From Pachysolen tannophilus NRRL Y-2460 (Eukaryota), in NCBI GenBank assembly GCA_001661245.1, contig KV454016.1:165868-229867 (forward strand): a stretch of DNA of 64,000 nucleotides, in the 5' to 3' direction. Each line of letters starts with the position of its first letter. Position 1 is the stretch's first letter. Positions 36,996 through 48,242 of this stretch are shown here, piece after piece. Under the pieces are notes generated by a model that made no database searches, was not told the DNA's origin, and saw only the letters and a program-made list of their open reading frames with translations. The position numbers were made by a program, and so were the translations under genes.

Positions 36996-37841
36996 TTATA
37001 TTTGTTCAGCTATAAAAGTATCGATATCAACTTCGGGTAAGGCGGCGTTTCCGGCTAATGAGACTTGTTGTTGAGCTTTCAGTTCTCTTAACTGCATTCT
37101 CTTTAATTTGCTTAAAGGTCCCCATCCTTGAACTGGAGGTGTTAATTGGAAAGGTTTTAAAAAACTTATAATTGTTTTAAAATTTTGACCCATTGTAACA
37201 ATTTCATGAATTAAATCTTCAACACAAACTAATCCCAAATCTCCAAATTTTTCTTCAATTAAATTATTATCATTTAAAGAAACTTCCTTCTTAGTTGTAT
37301 TATCATTTTCTGTATTTTCTATTAAAACTTTTGCTCTTTTTTGAATTAAATTTCTTATAGTTGATAATGATGGTTTCCCTGTGACAATATATGGAGAACA
37401 AAGTCTTAATAATGGTTTGATTGTTGGGGTTAATTTAACAAAAATAGCCGAATAATTATGATTTAATCTTAATAATGATAAAATTTTTTTAGTCTTGGAT
37501 GGAATCTTTGCTCCATGTGGACCAGGAATTCTAACTATAAATAATAATCTTGGTTTTTCATCATTTTCAATCTTGGAAATTTTCACCAGTTCTTGAATTT
37601 TCAACTTATCTTGTTCATTTTTAACAACTCTTTTAATTCTATAATTTTCTCTTTCAGATGCCCTACGTTTAGAAATAAGTGATTCTAATCTATTAAATTT
37701 TTGCTTTTTCTGATTTTTTTTCAACTGTTGTTCTTCAGCTTTCTTCCTAGCAGCTTCTTGTTTTTCAATTCTTAATCTATCTGCATTCTTTCTTTTCTTT
37801 AACAAAATCTCTGGATTTGAATTCAAAGGCTGGGATGACAT
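36996..37841 (-). CDS. RLP7: Nucleolar ribosomal-L7-like 60S biogenesis protein
   Basis: LNSNPEILLKKRKNADR, LNDNNLIEEKFG…VEDLIHEI. A PAC-like GAGATGAG lies at 37947-37954 upstream. Confidence 0.93.
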   Translation of the reverse strand: MSSQPLNSNPEILLKKRKNADRLRIEKQEAARKKAEEQQLKKNQKKQKFNRLESLISKRRASERENYRIKRVVKNEQDKLKIQELVKISKIENDEKPRLLFIVRIPGPHGAKIPSKTKKILSLLRLNHNYSAIFVKLTPTIKPLLRLCSPYIVTGKPSLSTIRNLIQKRAKVLIENTENDNTTKKEVSLNDNNLIEEKFGDLGLVCVEDLIHEIVTMGQNFKTIISFLKPFQLTPPVQGWGPLSKLKRMQLRELKAQQQVSLAGNAALPEVDIDTFIAEQI

Positions 37842-37966
37842 GATCTTGGGACTAAATGTTTCTTTAATAATAATAATACCTAGACTTTATTTAATTTTCT
37901 TTTAAAAATAAAAAGAAAAAAAAATTTTTTTAAATTTTTCTTTTATCTCATCTCAAAAATGAAAAA

Positions 37967-38001
<35 letters not shown>

Positions 38002-38276
38002 CCAAAAACGGAATTTTGTTACACTTTTCCACGATACTTGTCTATATGAACTACAACAATACAGTTATTTAAAAGTTAGTTAAAAACGATATATTTATAT
38101 ATAAACCATATAAAATAAAAGCTAACTCAGTATGAATAAGTAATATATAAAACAGAGTTGAAAAGCACATTTTTCCCCAATAAAAAAAAAAAAAAAAAAA
38201 AAAACAAAATTAAAAAAAGAAAATTAGACCCAATCAGTAGTTATTAAATAAAAAATAGTTCAGTTAATTAAACATT

Positions 38277-39734
38277 TCAATGGCCAGACCATTCAATAGA
38301 GTTTAAATCAATACCTTCTTTAACCATTTCCCATAATGGAGAAAGTTCTCTCAAGAATGTGACTCTATGGTTTATTGCAGAGATGACATAATCGATTTCT
38401 TCTTCGGTGGTGAATCTACCAATACCAAATCTAATTGAAGAATGAGCTAAAGCATCATCTGCACCTAAAGCATGTAAGACATAACTTGGTTCTAAAGAAG
38501 CTGAAGTACATGCGGAACCAGAACTTAATGCTATATCTTTTAAAGCCATCAATAAGGATTCACCTTCTATATAGGCAAATGAAATATTAACACAACCTGG
38601 ATAACGATGAATTGGAGAACCATTTAATTGAGTATGTTCAATTGATAATAAACCATTAATCAATTTATTTGATAATTTTTCAATATGTTTTTTATCTCTT
38701 TCACTTTCAGCCATTGTTAATCTTGCAGCTTCACCAAATCCACAAACCAGAGCTGGAGCTAAAGTACCTGATCTAAGACCTCTTTCTTGACCACCACCAT
38801 TTATAATTGGTTCCAATCTAACTCTTGGTCTTCTTCTAACAAAACATGCACCAACACCTTTTGGACCATAAATCTTATGTGAAGAAATTGACATCAAATC
38901 AATATTATATTTATTAACATCTAATGGAATTTTCCCATATGCTTGAGCACCATCTGTATGGAAAAAAACTTTATGTTTTCTACAAATTTTACCAATTTCT
39001 TCCAATGGTTGAATAACACCAATTTCATTATTTACAGCCATTATAGATACTAAACAAGTATCTTTTCTTATTGCTTTTTCTAATTGATCCAATTCAATTA
39101 AACCATTAGAATTAACTGGTAAATATGTAACATCAAAACCTTCATCTTGTAAATGCCTAGCAGAATCTAAAACACATTTATGTTCAGTTTGAGCAGTAAT
39201 TATATGTTTTTTAGTTTTTTTATAAAATCTTGGAACACCTTTAATACACATATTATTTGTTTCAGTTGCACCTGAAGTGAAAATAATTTCTTTTGGATCA
39301 GCTCCAATAACTTTAGCTATATTTTCTCTAGCTTTTTCAACTTCTTTCTCTGTTTCCCAACCATAAGCATGTGTTGATGAATGAGGATTACCATATAATC
39401 CAGTATAAAATTGTAACATTTTATCCAAAACTCTTGGATCAACAGGAGTTGTTGCTTGCATATCCAAATAAATTGGTCTTGTTCCATACAAATTATCATC
39501 TCTTTCAGCATTCTTTAAACTAATAGGTGATCCATCAGGAGCAGTCGGTGTTGTATTAACAGTAGCATTATTTATATTTGTTGGAGATGGTTTAAAATCA
39601 ACACTTGTACTTGAAAAAAACCTTGTGGCGGCTAAAATTTTTATATCTTTTCTTCCTATAATTTGACTTGGAAAATATTTTTGACATACATCTAAAGATA
39701 ACTTTTTAATCATATTATTCTTTCCTATCATCAT
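38277..39734 (-). CDS. NFS1: Mitochondrial cysteine desulfurase
   Basis: [20 protein letters not shown] (PLP Lys), [18 protein letters not shown]-terminal IEWSGH. Exact start ATG uncertain. Confidence 0.97.
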   Translation of the reverse strand: MMIGKNNMIKKLSLDVCQKYFPSQIIGRKDIKILAATRFFSSTSVDFKPSPTNINNATVNTTPTAPDGSPISLKNAERDDNLYGTRPIYLDMQATTPVDPRVLDKMLQFYTGLYGNPHSSTHAYGWETEKEVEKARENIAKVIGADPKEIIFTSGATETNNMCIKGVPRFYKKTKKHIITAQTEHKCVLDSARHLQDEGFDVTYLPVNSNGLIELDQLEKAIRKDTCLVSIMAVNNEIGVIQPLEEIGKICRKHKVFFHTDGAQAYGKIPLDVNKYNIDLMSISSHKIYGPKGVGACFVRRRPRVRLEPIINGGGQERGLRSGTLAPALVCGFGEAARLTMAESERDKKHIEKLSNKLINGLLSIEHTQLNGSPIHRYPGCVNISFAYIEGESLLMALKDIALSSGSACTSASLEPSYVLHALGADDALAHSSIRFGIGRFTTEEEIDYVISAINHRVTFLRELSPLWEMVKEGIDLNSIEWSGH

Positions 39735-40412
39735 CGTCAAAATCAATAAAACAAAATAATAATAAAAAAAGATTAAAACAATTGATTAAACCAATATCAA
39801 TCAATTAACTTTAACGTAAAATTTGAATCAAATAATAGAATAAAAATAAATAATAATAATAATAATATAATTATTTAGATATGAGTTATATTATTTTTTT
39901 CTTTTTTACATATTTAGTTTAGTCACAGTGTCACAGTTTTTTAATTTAATTTTTTTAATTTTTTTCGCCTTGTCCTGAAATTAGAGGGGAAAGCCGAAAA
40001 GAATGGCTGGAAAAAGTAAAAAAAATTTTAATTTAGGTGTAAACCCTTTTGTTTTCGGACAGACTGCTGCTGATTATTAATACCGATGAATTCTCGGAAA
40101 CCGAAATTTGCTGCTGCAAGCTCCTGTTAACCAGAAGGCACAAGGCAAAAAAGAAAAAAAAAAGACTCTGCAGCACCCCGTATTAACCGGGGAAAGAAAA
40201 AAGAAGAAGAAGTTTTTTTTTGGTCGTTTGCCTTACCCTTTTCGGAAATAAAAAGAATTAATACCGCTAACATTCTTTGCACGTGGAACTTATATTTGCC
40301 GTTAAATGGCAGACTTTTTCTTTTTTGATATTTTGTACACGCACTTATAAATGCGCCTTTTCAATTATGAGTGTGTGCGCACTTGCCTATGTTTTTTCAG
40401 CTGGTGCTTGCT

Positions 40413-40422
40413 ATCACGTGAC
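40413..40422. promoter_or_regulatory. Cbf1-type site ATCACGTGAC in the NFS1-PET8 divergent promoter
   Basis: Exact RTCACGTG on both strands. Confidence 0.5.
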
Positions 40423-40596
40423 TGATTTCTATTTTCTCTTTTGCACATGATCGAGCCAGGTAAAAGGGAAAAAAAAAGAAACTGTTCTTTCCACCTTTAT
40501 CTTTATGTCCATGAAATATACAAATATACATATATATATTTTACAATAGCCGTGATTTAGTCATATATATTGGCATTGATCCCAGATTTTAATAAT

Positions 40597-41531
40597 ATGG
40601 AGAAAGATCAAGTTATTGTTTCATTAATTGTATGTAATGACTTGAATTGAAATTTTTCAAAAAAGAAAAAATTAATTTATTTATTAACCTTCTTTTTTTT
40701 GTTTGGTATTAGAGTGGTGGAGCCGCTGGAACAGCTACAGATATTGCATTTTTCCCCATTGATACCTTGAAGACTAGGCTTCAGGCAAAAGGCGGGTTTT
40801 TCCAAAATGGTGGCTGGAAGGGGGTATATCGTGGTTTAGGATCTGCTGTGGTGGCATCTGCTCCATCAAGTGCTTTATTTTTCGTTACTTATGATTCTTG
40901 TAAAGTTTTTTTCAAAGGATATTTGAAACCATATTTCCATAATGAAGATAATTTATTACACGTTACTCATATAATTAGTGGTTCATTAGGTGAAATAATG
41001 GCTTGTCTTTTCAGAGTTCCTGCTGAAGTTGTAAAACAAAGAACTCAAGCATCACATTTTAAATCATCTTTAGAAGCCTTTAAATTTTTATTAAAAGATC
41101 AAAATAATGAAGGTTTAATAAGAGGTTTCTATAGAGGTTGGAATACTACAATTTTAAGAGAAATTCCATTTACTTCAATTCAATATCCATTATATGAATT
41201 TTTGAAAAAAAAATGGGCTTTTTATGAAGAAAATAATAAAATATCACCATTACAAGGTGCTACATGTGGATCAATTGCAGGAGGTACTGCAGCTGCTTTA
41301 ACAACACCATTGGACGTTTTGAAAACAAGAATCATGTTACATAAGGAAAGAATTGGTTTAGTAGCATTAACAAAAAATTTAATAAAAGAAGAAGGTTTTA
41401 AATCTTTATTAAATGGAATGGTACCTAGAATCTTATGGATAAGTGCTGGTGGATTCATATATTTAGGAATGTACGAAACTGTGCACTTTATATTAACTGA
41501 GAGAAATGAAATAAATAAAAAATTACAATAA
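40597..41531 (+). CDS. PET8: Mitochondrial S-adenosylmethionine carrier; exons 40597-40629 and 40713-41531
   Basis: Spliced N-terminus VSLISGGAAGTATDIAFFPIDTLKTRLQAKGGFF; three carrier motifs. GTATGT donor, TATTAAC branch, TAG acceptor. Confidence 0.93.
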
Positions 41532-41645
41532 CTTTATAGATATACTAATAGACTAACATTTCATAGATAGATAGATAGTAGTAGATAGATAGTAGTAGTA
41601 ATAAAAAAAAAAATTTTAGAGTGTAGAAAAAAAAAAAAAATAGGA

Positions 41646-41749
41646 CTCCTCATCAGGGGCTCGAACCCTGGACATTTCGGTCGACTTCTTTGTCTCGAAA
41701 TGAAACAATCCTTAAAAGCCGAACGCTCTACCAACTGAGCTAATAAGGA
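41646..41749 (-). tRNA. tRNA-Lys(TTT) with ~31-nt intron
   Basis: TCCTTATTAGCTCAGTTGGTAGAGCGTTCGG-CT TTT A…intron…CCGAAATGTCCAGGGTTCGAGCCCCTGATGAGGAG. Confidence 0.95.
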
Positions 41750-41955
41750 TAGTCCGTTGATGTAGCAAATAAATTTTTCCTGCTTTGATGTTTAAGTTCC
41801 AGATTTTTCAGTTCCAGTATTAGTAATATTAATTATTTACTATATGAAATTGATCATCTTTATTACCTACACAGTACTGAAAAAAAAGCAAAAAAGCAAA
41901 AATAAAAAAAAAACTCGGATATATATTTCTTAAGGATAGTTAGTTAAGAAGAAAT

Positions 41956-43020
41956 TTATTTGTAAACAACAAGTTGCTTTAATTTTTTAGAATCGGTAAA
42001 AGCATTCTTGTAAATTTGTAAAAATTCCTCATCTGTAAGGTTATCCAAATGAACAACTTTTTCTTCAACATCAATATCACCAATGACACCATCATGCATT
42101 AATTTTAATGCTTCATGAACGGATTTAATCTTACCATTAATATCCTTTTTAGCATTTTCAGTAACCCAGTATCCAACACATTTAACATTTTCAAAAGTTA
42201 ATTTATGAATTGGAATTTTAACTGGACCTAAAATCATTGCACCATAAGTTACAAAGACACCTTCTGGTGAAACTTTTGAAACAACACCTGTTGCCGAGTC
42301 ACCACCAATACAATTTAATCCTAATTTAATAATTGAACCTTTTGTCCATTCTTTAATTGTTGATTCAAATTCAGGTGAAGTATTTTCATCTTCTGTAATA
42401 ACTTTTGTTGCACCTAAATCATATAATTTTTTTTTCAATTCTTCAATATTTGGTCTATTTCTAACAACATTAAGAGTTTTAATACCCATTTTTTTCGCAA
42501 TTTGAATAACAAATTTACCAACAACAGAATTAGACCCATTTTGAATAACCCATTCACCTGGTTTAACATCAGTTAAAGTAGTTAAAAGTTGTAAAGCAGT
42601 ACAACCATTAACTGAAACAGTAGTTGCTTGAGCCATTGAAACATAATTTTTAGGAATTTTAATCAATTGATCTTCAGCTGTCTTTGAATAAGTTCTCCAA
42701 GTACCAGTATTAACATGAAGTGGAATACACCAATCACCAATCTTAAAATCTTTAACTTTTGAACCAACTTTAATAATTTTAAATAAACCTTCATTACCAG
42801 CAACAGCACTTGGTTCCTTAGTACCCAAAGAAGTATCCATTGGAGGCCTTGAAGGATAAATACCCAGAATTTGAATCAAATCAGATGGGTTAATTGGCAG
42901 TGCTACCGATTGTAATAAAACTTCATCATCAACCGGATCAGAAATTGTATATTGATGAACCTTAATCTCACTAAGTGGATCACCATAATTGGAATAAATA
43001 ATTGCCCTAGAAGTAACCAT
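41956..43020 (-). CDS. ETR1: 2-enoyl thioester reductase (Etr1/MECR family, MDR fold)
   Basis: VA[CTG=A]PINPSDL…GIYPSRP, AGNEG, GTWRTY, IQNGSNSVVG, TYGAM. Confidence 0.82.
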   Translation of the reverse strand: MVTSRAIIYSNYGDPLSEIKVHQYTISDPVDDEVLLQSVALPINPSDLIQILGIYPSRPPMDTSLGTKEPSAVAGNEGLFKIIKVGSKVKDFKIGDWCIPLHVNTGTWRTYSKTAEDQLIKIPKNYVSMAQATTVSVNGCTALQLLTTLTDVKPGEWVIQNGSNSVVGKFVIQIAKKMGIKTLNVVRNRPNIEELKKKLYDLGATKVITEDENTSPEFESTIKEWTKGSIIKLGLNCIGGDSATGVVSKVSPEGVFVTYGAMILGPVKIPIHKLTFENVKCVGYWVTENAKKDINGKIKSVHEALKLMHDGVIGDIDVEEKVVHLDNLTDEEFLQIYKNAFTDSKKLKQLVVYK

Positions 43021-43333
43021 TTTTTCTATACCTTTTTTTTAAAACCTTTTTTTTTACTTCTGTTAAAAAAATCAATTATTTTTTTAAATTTATATATTAT
43101 TCTTAATTATGTTAAATCAGCAATTAGCAAATATATATATATATATATATATATACTTCTTTTCTTTTGTAAGAAATTCCGATCAATTGAATTCCTAAAA
43201 ATTAATTACCAATTATGCAAGATGAGCGTTTTCCTCTTTAAAAAAAAATTTTTTTACCGTTTTTCTATTGCTAAATAAAGTTTCTAGAATATGTATGTAT
43301 TTAGTACTATAAAAAGTATAATTAGTGCATCGG

Positions 43334-45142
43334 TTAATCAGAATCATTTTCTTCATTAAAATAGAACCCAAATCCAAATTTTTTTTCAGTTTGATTTTCA
43401 TCTTTTTTAGTTATGATGTTATGTAATAAAGAGTTATTATTCAGATTAGTTAAGTTAGACCATTTTTTTTTATTATTTTTCTGTTGTTGTAATTCTAATT
43501 CTGAATTTTGTAATTCTTTTTCGTACCCATTTTGGATTAATAGTTCTTTAAACATTGAATAAATTGGTAATTTCAAATTATGATTTATTTTTTGAATTAA
43601 TAACTCTCCTATATCTTCATCTGGATTTGTTAGATTTTCATTTCTATAATAATTTTCTATAAATTTTTTAAATTCTAGTATATTTTCATTTTTAGTTTCT
43701 GTTCTTTTCACTAAAATTTTTAATGATTCTATAATTTTCTTTGGATAAAATCCAGAAATTTGTAAATCTTTATTTTTGAAAAAATTTAAAACTGTAGGTA
43801 ATTTGATTAGTGGAACAAAATTTTGTGTTAGAGCAACACAATCATCAATATTAATAACAGCATGCCACCAACAAGATGGAACATAAAGACATTCACCAGG
43901 AAAAGTAATAGCAACTACGCATTTACCTTCTTTTGCCATCTTTAAAGCATCATTGTAAAAACCTGAAATACACCATTCTGCAATCCCTATTGGGGAAGTA
44001 ACTTCATCTTCTTTTAAATCAGTACTTACTCCAGGTGGAACAACATTTGGAGGAGTCATTACCCATAATTTCTTACCGCTTAATGTGGTATTCCATGCAG
44101 ATGTATGATTGGGATCTTTATGAAATGTTGATCCACTTCTCTTGGGTCCTACTATTAACCATGCATGATCTGGTCTACATTCAACAAGTTCTAATTTCCC
44201 CGATTTTTTAATAGATGATTCATCAAATACTTTAAATAAATCATCTTGGAAACAATCGGGAACTTTATACTCTTTTATTAATTGTTTCATGGCATCACTT
44301 CTCGCATCAAAAAGATATAATGGAGATTCATCTTGATTTTTGTCAAAATATTCAGAATATAAAGATAAAGGCCATTTAACTGCTTCTTGTCTAAATTTTA
44401 CATTGGGAAATCTTTCCAATAATGAATCAATTGTCCAATTAGGCCACCTTTTAGAAAAACTATTAGTCAATATAAATGGTCTACCATGCCAAACATTTCT
44501 AAAGTTTTCAAGTGACATTTCACTTTCATTTAATCTAGGTATTCTACCAGGTAATTCATCAATTATATCTGTTGTAACACCTTTTAAATGATAAGAATAT
44601 TCTTCTGCTATTAATTTTGAAAAAAGTTCTTCATAATTAACCTGAGAACACTGATATGGTCTATATAGTAAATCCGAACATAAAAGATCTCCAGAGCACT
44701 TAACTTTGGCTTCTATATTTTCTGGCAAGTTCAATAAACTTCTTCTCCATGAACCTTGCCATTTCAAAAAATCTAATGGGTTATTCATATAAATTTGTCT
44801 CCAAAGTTCTTCACTCCAACAATATGCATAAATAACTCTTGAACAGTGACTTAAATTCATCAAATCTTTTGGATCATTTAAATATGATAACACTTCCAAC
44901 AATACATCTTCTGGGAAAACACTTAATGTTCCCATCTGTAAATTTTTGTTAATTTGATATTTTGAATCTGCTAATAATGAATTCCCCAAAGGTTTAACAC
45001 CTAAAGGATGCTTAGGAGTAAAAGTATAGTTTGGTATTGGTAAATGATGAACATCCCTTTTAAATCCTTCTATACGTTGTCTCTTGCTATTTCTTTCTTC
45101 AAAAGACTCCTTGGAGTCTATAGACTTTATTATGGTCAGCAT
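43334..45142 (-). CDS. F-box + JmjC-domain protein (JMJD6-like hydroxylase)
   Basis: HPLGVKPLGN, F-box-like FPEDVLLEVLSYL, JmjC GPKRSGSTFHKDPN…WWHAVINID with intact H-x-D…H triad. Confidence 0.85.
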   Translation of the reverse strand: MLTIIKSIDSKESFEERNSKRQRIEGFKRDVHHLPIPNYTFTPKHPLGVKPLGNSLLADSKYQINKNLQMGTLSVFPEDVLLEVLSYLNDPKDLMNLSHCSRVIYAYCWSEELWRQIYMNNPLDFLKWQGSWRRSLLNLPENIEAKVKCSGDLLCSDLLYRPYQCSQVNYEELFSKLIAEEYSYHLKGVTTDIIDELPGRIPRLNESEMSLENFRNVWHGRPFILTNSFSKRWPNWTIDSLLERFPNVKFRQEAVKWPLSLYSEYFDKNQDESPLYLFDARSDAMKQLIKEYKVPDCFQDDLFKVFDESSIKKSGKLELVECRPDHAWLIVGPKRSGSTFHKDPNHTSAWNTTLSGKKLWVMTPPNVVPPGVSTDLKEDEVTSPIGIAEWCISGFYNDALKMAKEGKCVVAITFPGECLYVPSCWWHAVINIDDCVALTQNFVPLIKLPTVLNFFKNKDLQISGFYPKKIIESLKILVKRTETKNENILEFKKFIENYYRNENLTNPDEDIGELLIQKINHNLKLPIYSMFKELLIQNGYEKELQNSELELQQQKNNKKKWSNLTNLNNNSLLHNIITKKDENQTEKKFGFGFYFNEENDSD

Positions 45143-45437
45143 TACCGTTGATATATATCAAGAAGAAGATAGATAGAGATTTTATATGTATGTGAAAATT
45201 TTTAGATTTAAATAATGTAGTGTAGTGTGCATGAAAACGAAGAGGTATTAAATATTTAATACCGAAAAGTGAATGAGTGAGTGTTAGTGAGTAAGTACAA
45301 TAGATTTACAATTATAGAATTAATAAAAGATTTAACCAACTAAAAGGAATTAATCGAATAATACTAGAAAATCTAGCTAATCTTTTTAAAAAGATGATAA
45401 TGAATTTGAGGTAAGTATATACAAAAAAGATTAATTA

Positions 45438-45468
<31 letters not shown>

Positions 45469-45489
45469 TTGTTTTATGTGTTGTGTTGC

Positions 45490-46062
45490 TTAATCATGTT
45501 CAACAGGTAAGCTCTTTGGACGTTTTTGTAAATATTCCTTCTTCCTAAGTATTTTTTCTTCTTCACTTTCTTTCTTCCCAGGATATAAAATTTTTGAATC
45601 TATTTCATTACTAAATTCTTCTTCATAAGGTTTTGGTTTAAAACTAAGTTCAACATCTTTCCAATACCTTTTAATTTGACCAACACAATGCATACACAAG
45701 AAATGAGACCTTTTATAATTCCCACAAGTTGGACATCTATTTAAATTATGCAAAAATTTAATTTGTTTATCACCTGGAGCTAATAATTTTTGTCTTTTCT
45801 TTTGATGAGAAACTTTCTTCTTTGGTGCAGCTTTCAATAATCCATTATCTATGAAAAATGGAGATTTCTCAGAGCTCCCATTTTGAGATAATTCTTCTCC
45901 CAATTCAATCAATCTTGGATCAATATTACCATTATCATTTTCAGAAAATCCCTTTTTCAACCCAATTTGAATTTCTATACTAGGTATTCTCGGTAAAAAA
46001 TTTGAAACCCTGCCTATAACCGCTCCAACAGCAATCACGGCCTCTCTCAGAACAAACAGCAT
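45490..46062 (-). CDS. MRPL32: Mitochondrial ribosomal protein bL32m precursor
   Basis: LLKAAPKKKVSHQKKRQK, CPTCGNYKRSHFLCMHC. First ATG at 46062 (reads MAFVAR… with CUG=Ala). Confidence 0.93.
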   Translation of the reverse strand: MLFVLREAVIAVGAVIGRVSNFLPRIPSIEIQIGLKKGFSENDNGNIDPRLIELGEELSQNGSSEKSPFFIDNGLLKAAPKKKVSHQKKRQKLLAPGDKQIKFLHNLNRCPTCGNYKRSHFLCMHCVGQIKRYWKDVELSFKPKPYEEEFSNEIDSKILYPGKKESEEEKILRKKEYLQKRPKSLPVEHD

Positions 46063-46715
46063 TATAAACAGAGAAACCAAACACTATGAAATAAATATAT
46101 ACATATATATATATATAAATATAATTCAAAGTCAATAATAAAAAAAAAAAAAAAAAAAAAAAAAAGAAAAAAGTGAAAAATTACTTATTACAATGAGCAA
46201 AATCGTAAATGAGTGAACAAAATGCATTTAACTTAAAAAAACGTTTTGCGCTTTTTTATGCAAAAACAAAAAAACAAAAAAAAACGTAAAGTCGTTTGAT
46301 TTAGCTCAAATTACCAAAAATGGATACAGCCCCGGAGTTATTCTAATTTTTTTGCTTTTCTGGTCGTGTTTGTATATTCAAAATTACCAAAACGGAAGTG
46401 TCTTTTTTTTTTTGCTGTCTCTTTTCTGTGACACTATTTTTATGACACGTCACTACTTTCATTTTCGAATTTTTTTTTGTTTTTTTTTTGTTTTGTGCTT
46501 CTTTTTTTTTTTTTTTTTGTTTTTTTGTAACAAAGGGGGAATTTTAAACGCGTTGAAACGTTTATATATAATATATAATATATATATAATATAATATATA
46601 TATGATCAATCTATTTTTTTAAATAATCAATCATTATTGGAATTAGGGGCAAATCAACTGGAACTGGTTTTTGAAAATTATTGAAAATCAGGAGGGGAAA
46701 GAAAAAATAAGAAAG

Positions 46716-47711
46716 ATGACAACTGCTACTACTTCAACAACTGCGGCGGTTAGTTCCACGATTCAACCAAAGAGTTATGTTGGTTTTGATACAATTACTT
46801 CACAAATTGAGAATAGATTGTTGAAAAGAGGTTTTCAATTTAATGTTATGTGTGTTGGTCATTCTGGTTTAGGTAAATCAACTTTAGTTAATACATTATT
46901 TTCATCACATCTTGTTGATTCTAATGGTAGAAAAAATGTTTATGAACCAATTGAAAAAACTTCAGAAATTAAAGTTAGCTCACATAATTTAATGGAAAGT
47001 AATGTTAATTTAAAAATTAATATTATTGATACTCCTGGTTTTGGAGATCAAATTAATAATGATAGATGTTGGGAACCTATTGTTAAATACATTAAAGAAC
47101 AACATTCACAATATTTAAGAAAAGAATTAACTGCACAACGTGAAAGATATATTGTTGATAATAGAGTTCATTGTGTATTATACTTTATTACACCAAATAA
47201 TAAAGGTTTAAAAAATTTAGATAAAATTGTTTTAAAAAAATTGTGTGATATTGCTAATGTGGTTCCAATTATTGCTAAATCAGATTCATTAACTATAGAA
47301 GAAAGATTAAATTTTAAAAAAACATTACAAGAAGAATTTGCTGCAAATGATTTTAAAATTTATCCTTATGATACAGAAGATTTATATGATGAAGAATTAC
47401 AATTAAATAAAGATATTAGATCTTTAATTCCATTTGCAGTTGTTGGTTCTGAAAAGGAAATTACAACAGAAAAAGGTGAAATTGTTAGAGGTAGAAAGAC
47501 AAGATGGGGATCAATTAATATTGAAGATATTCAACAATGTGAATTTGTTTATTTAAGAGATTTTTTAACAAGAACACATTTACAAGATTTAATTGAAACT
47601 ACTGCTTCAATCCATTATGAAGGTTTCCGTTCAAAACAATTATTAGCTTTGAAAAACAATGCAAATTCAGGTAATAGAGCTTCTTCAACAACACAAAATG
47701 GATTCCATTAA
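46716..47711 (+). CDS. CDC10: Septin
   Basis: YVGFDTITSQIENRLLKRGFQFN, GHSGLGKSTL, DTPGFGD, AKSD. Confidence 0.96.
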   Translation: MTTATTSTTAAVSSTIQPKSYVGFDTITSQIENRLLKRGFQFNVMCVGHSGLGKSTLVNTLFSSHLVDSNGRKNVYEPIEKTSEIKVSSHNLMESNVNLKINIIDTPGFGDQINNDRCWEPIVKYIKEQHSQYLRKELTAQRERYIVDNRVHCVLYFITPNNKGLKNLDKIVLKKLCDIANVVPIIAKSDSLTIEERLNFKKTLQEEFAANDFKIYPYDTEDLYDEELQLNKDIRSLIPFAVVGSEKEITTEKGEIVRGRKTRWGSINIEDIQQCEFVYLRDFLTRTHLQDLIETTASIHYEGFRSKQLLALKNNANSGNRASSTTQNGFH

Positions 47712-47813
47712 ATTTAATAAACATATAGACTAAACCCAAAAGCAAACGTTTTCTCCCCTTATTCTTATTCGGTTTTTTTTTTTCTTTTTTTTTTTTTTNT
47801 TTTTTTTTGTTTT

Positions 47814-48145
47814 NNNNNNNNNNNNNNNNNNNNNNNNNNNNNNNNNNNNNNNNNNNNNNNNNNNNNNNNNNNNNNNNNNNNNNNNNNNNNNNNNNNNNNN
47901 NNNNNNNNNNNNNNNNNNNNNNNNNNNNNNNNNNNNNNNNNNNNNNNNNNNNNNNNNNNNNNNNNNNNNNNNNNNNNNNNNNNNNNNNNNNNNNNNNNNN
48001 NNNNNNNNNNNNNNNNNNNNNNNNNNNNNNNNNNNNNNNNNNNNNNNNNNNNNNNNNNNNNNNNNNNNNNNNNNNNNNNNNNNNNNNNNNNNNNNNNNNN
48101 NNNNNNNNNNNNNNNNNNNNNNNNNNNNNNNNNNNNNNNNNNNNN
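47814..48145. other. Assembly gap (N run) bounded by poly-T and poly-A
   Basis: Continuous Ns. Confidence 0.99.
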
Positions 48146-48242
48146 AAAAAAAAAAAAAAAAAAAAAATTAAATAAAAATAAATAAGTACTAAAACAAAAA
48201 AAGAACGAATGTAAAATTAAGTCTAAATTAAATTTAATCTAA

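Noticed and set aside
47807..48175. 122-aa ORF
   Set aside because: Artefact of the N gap.
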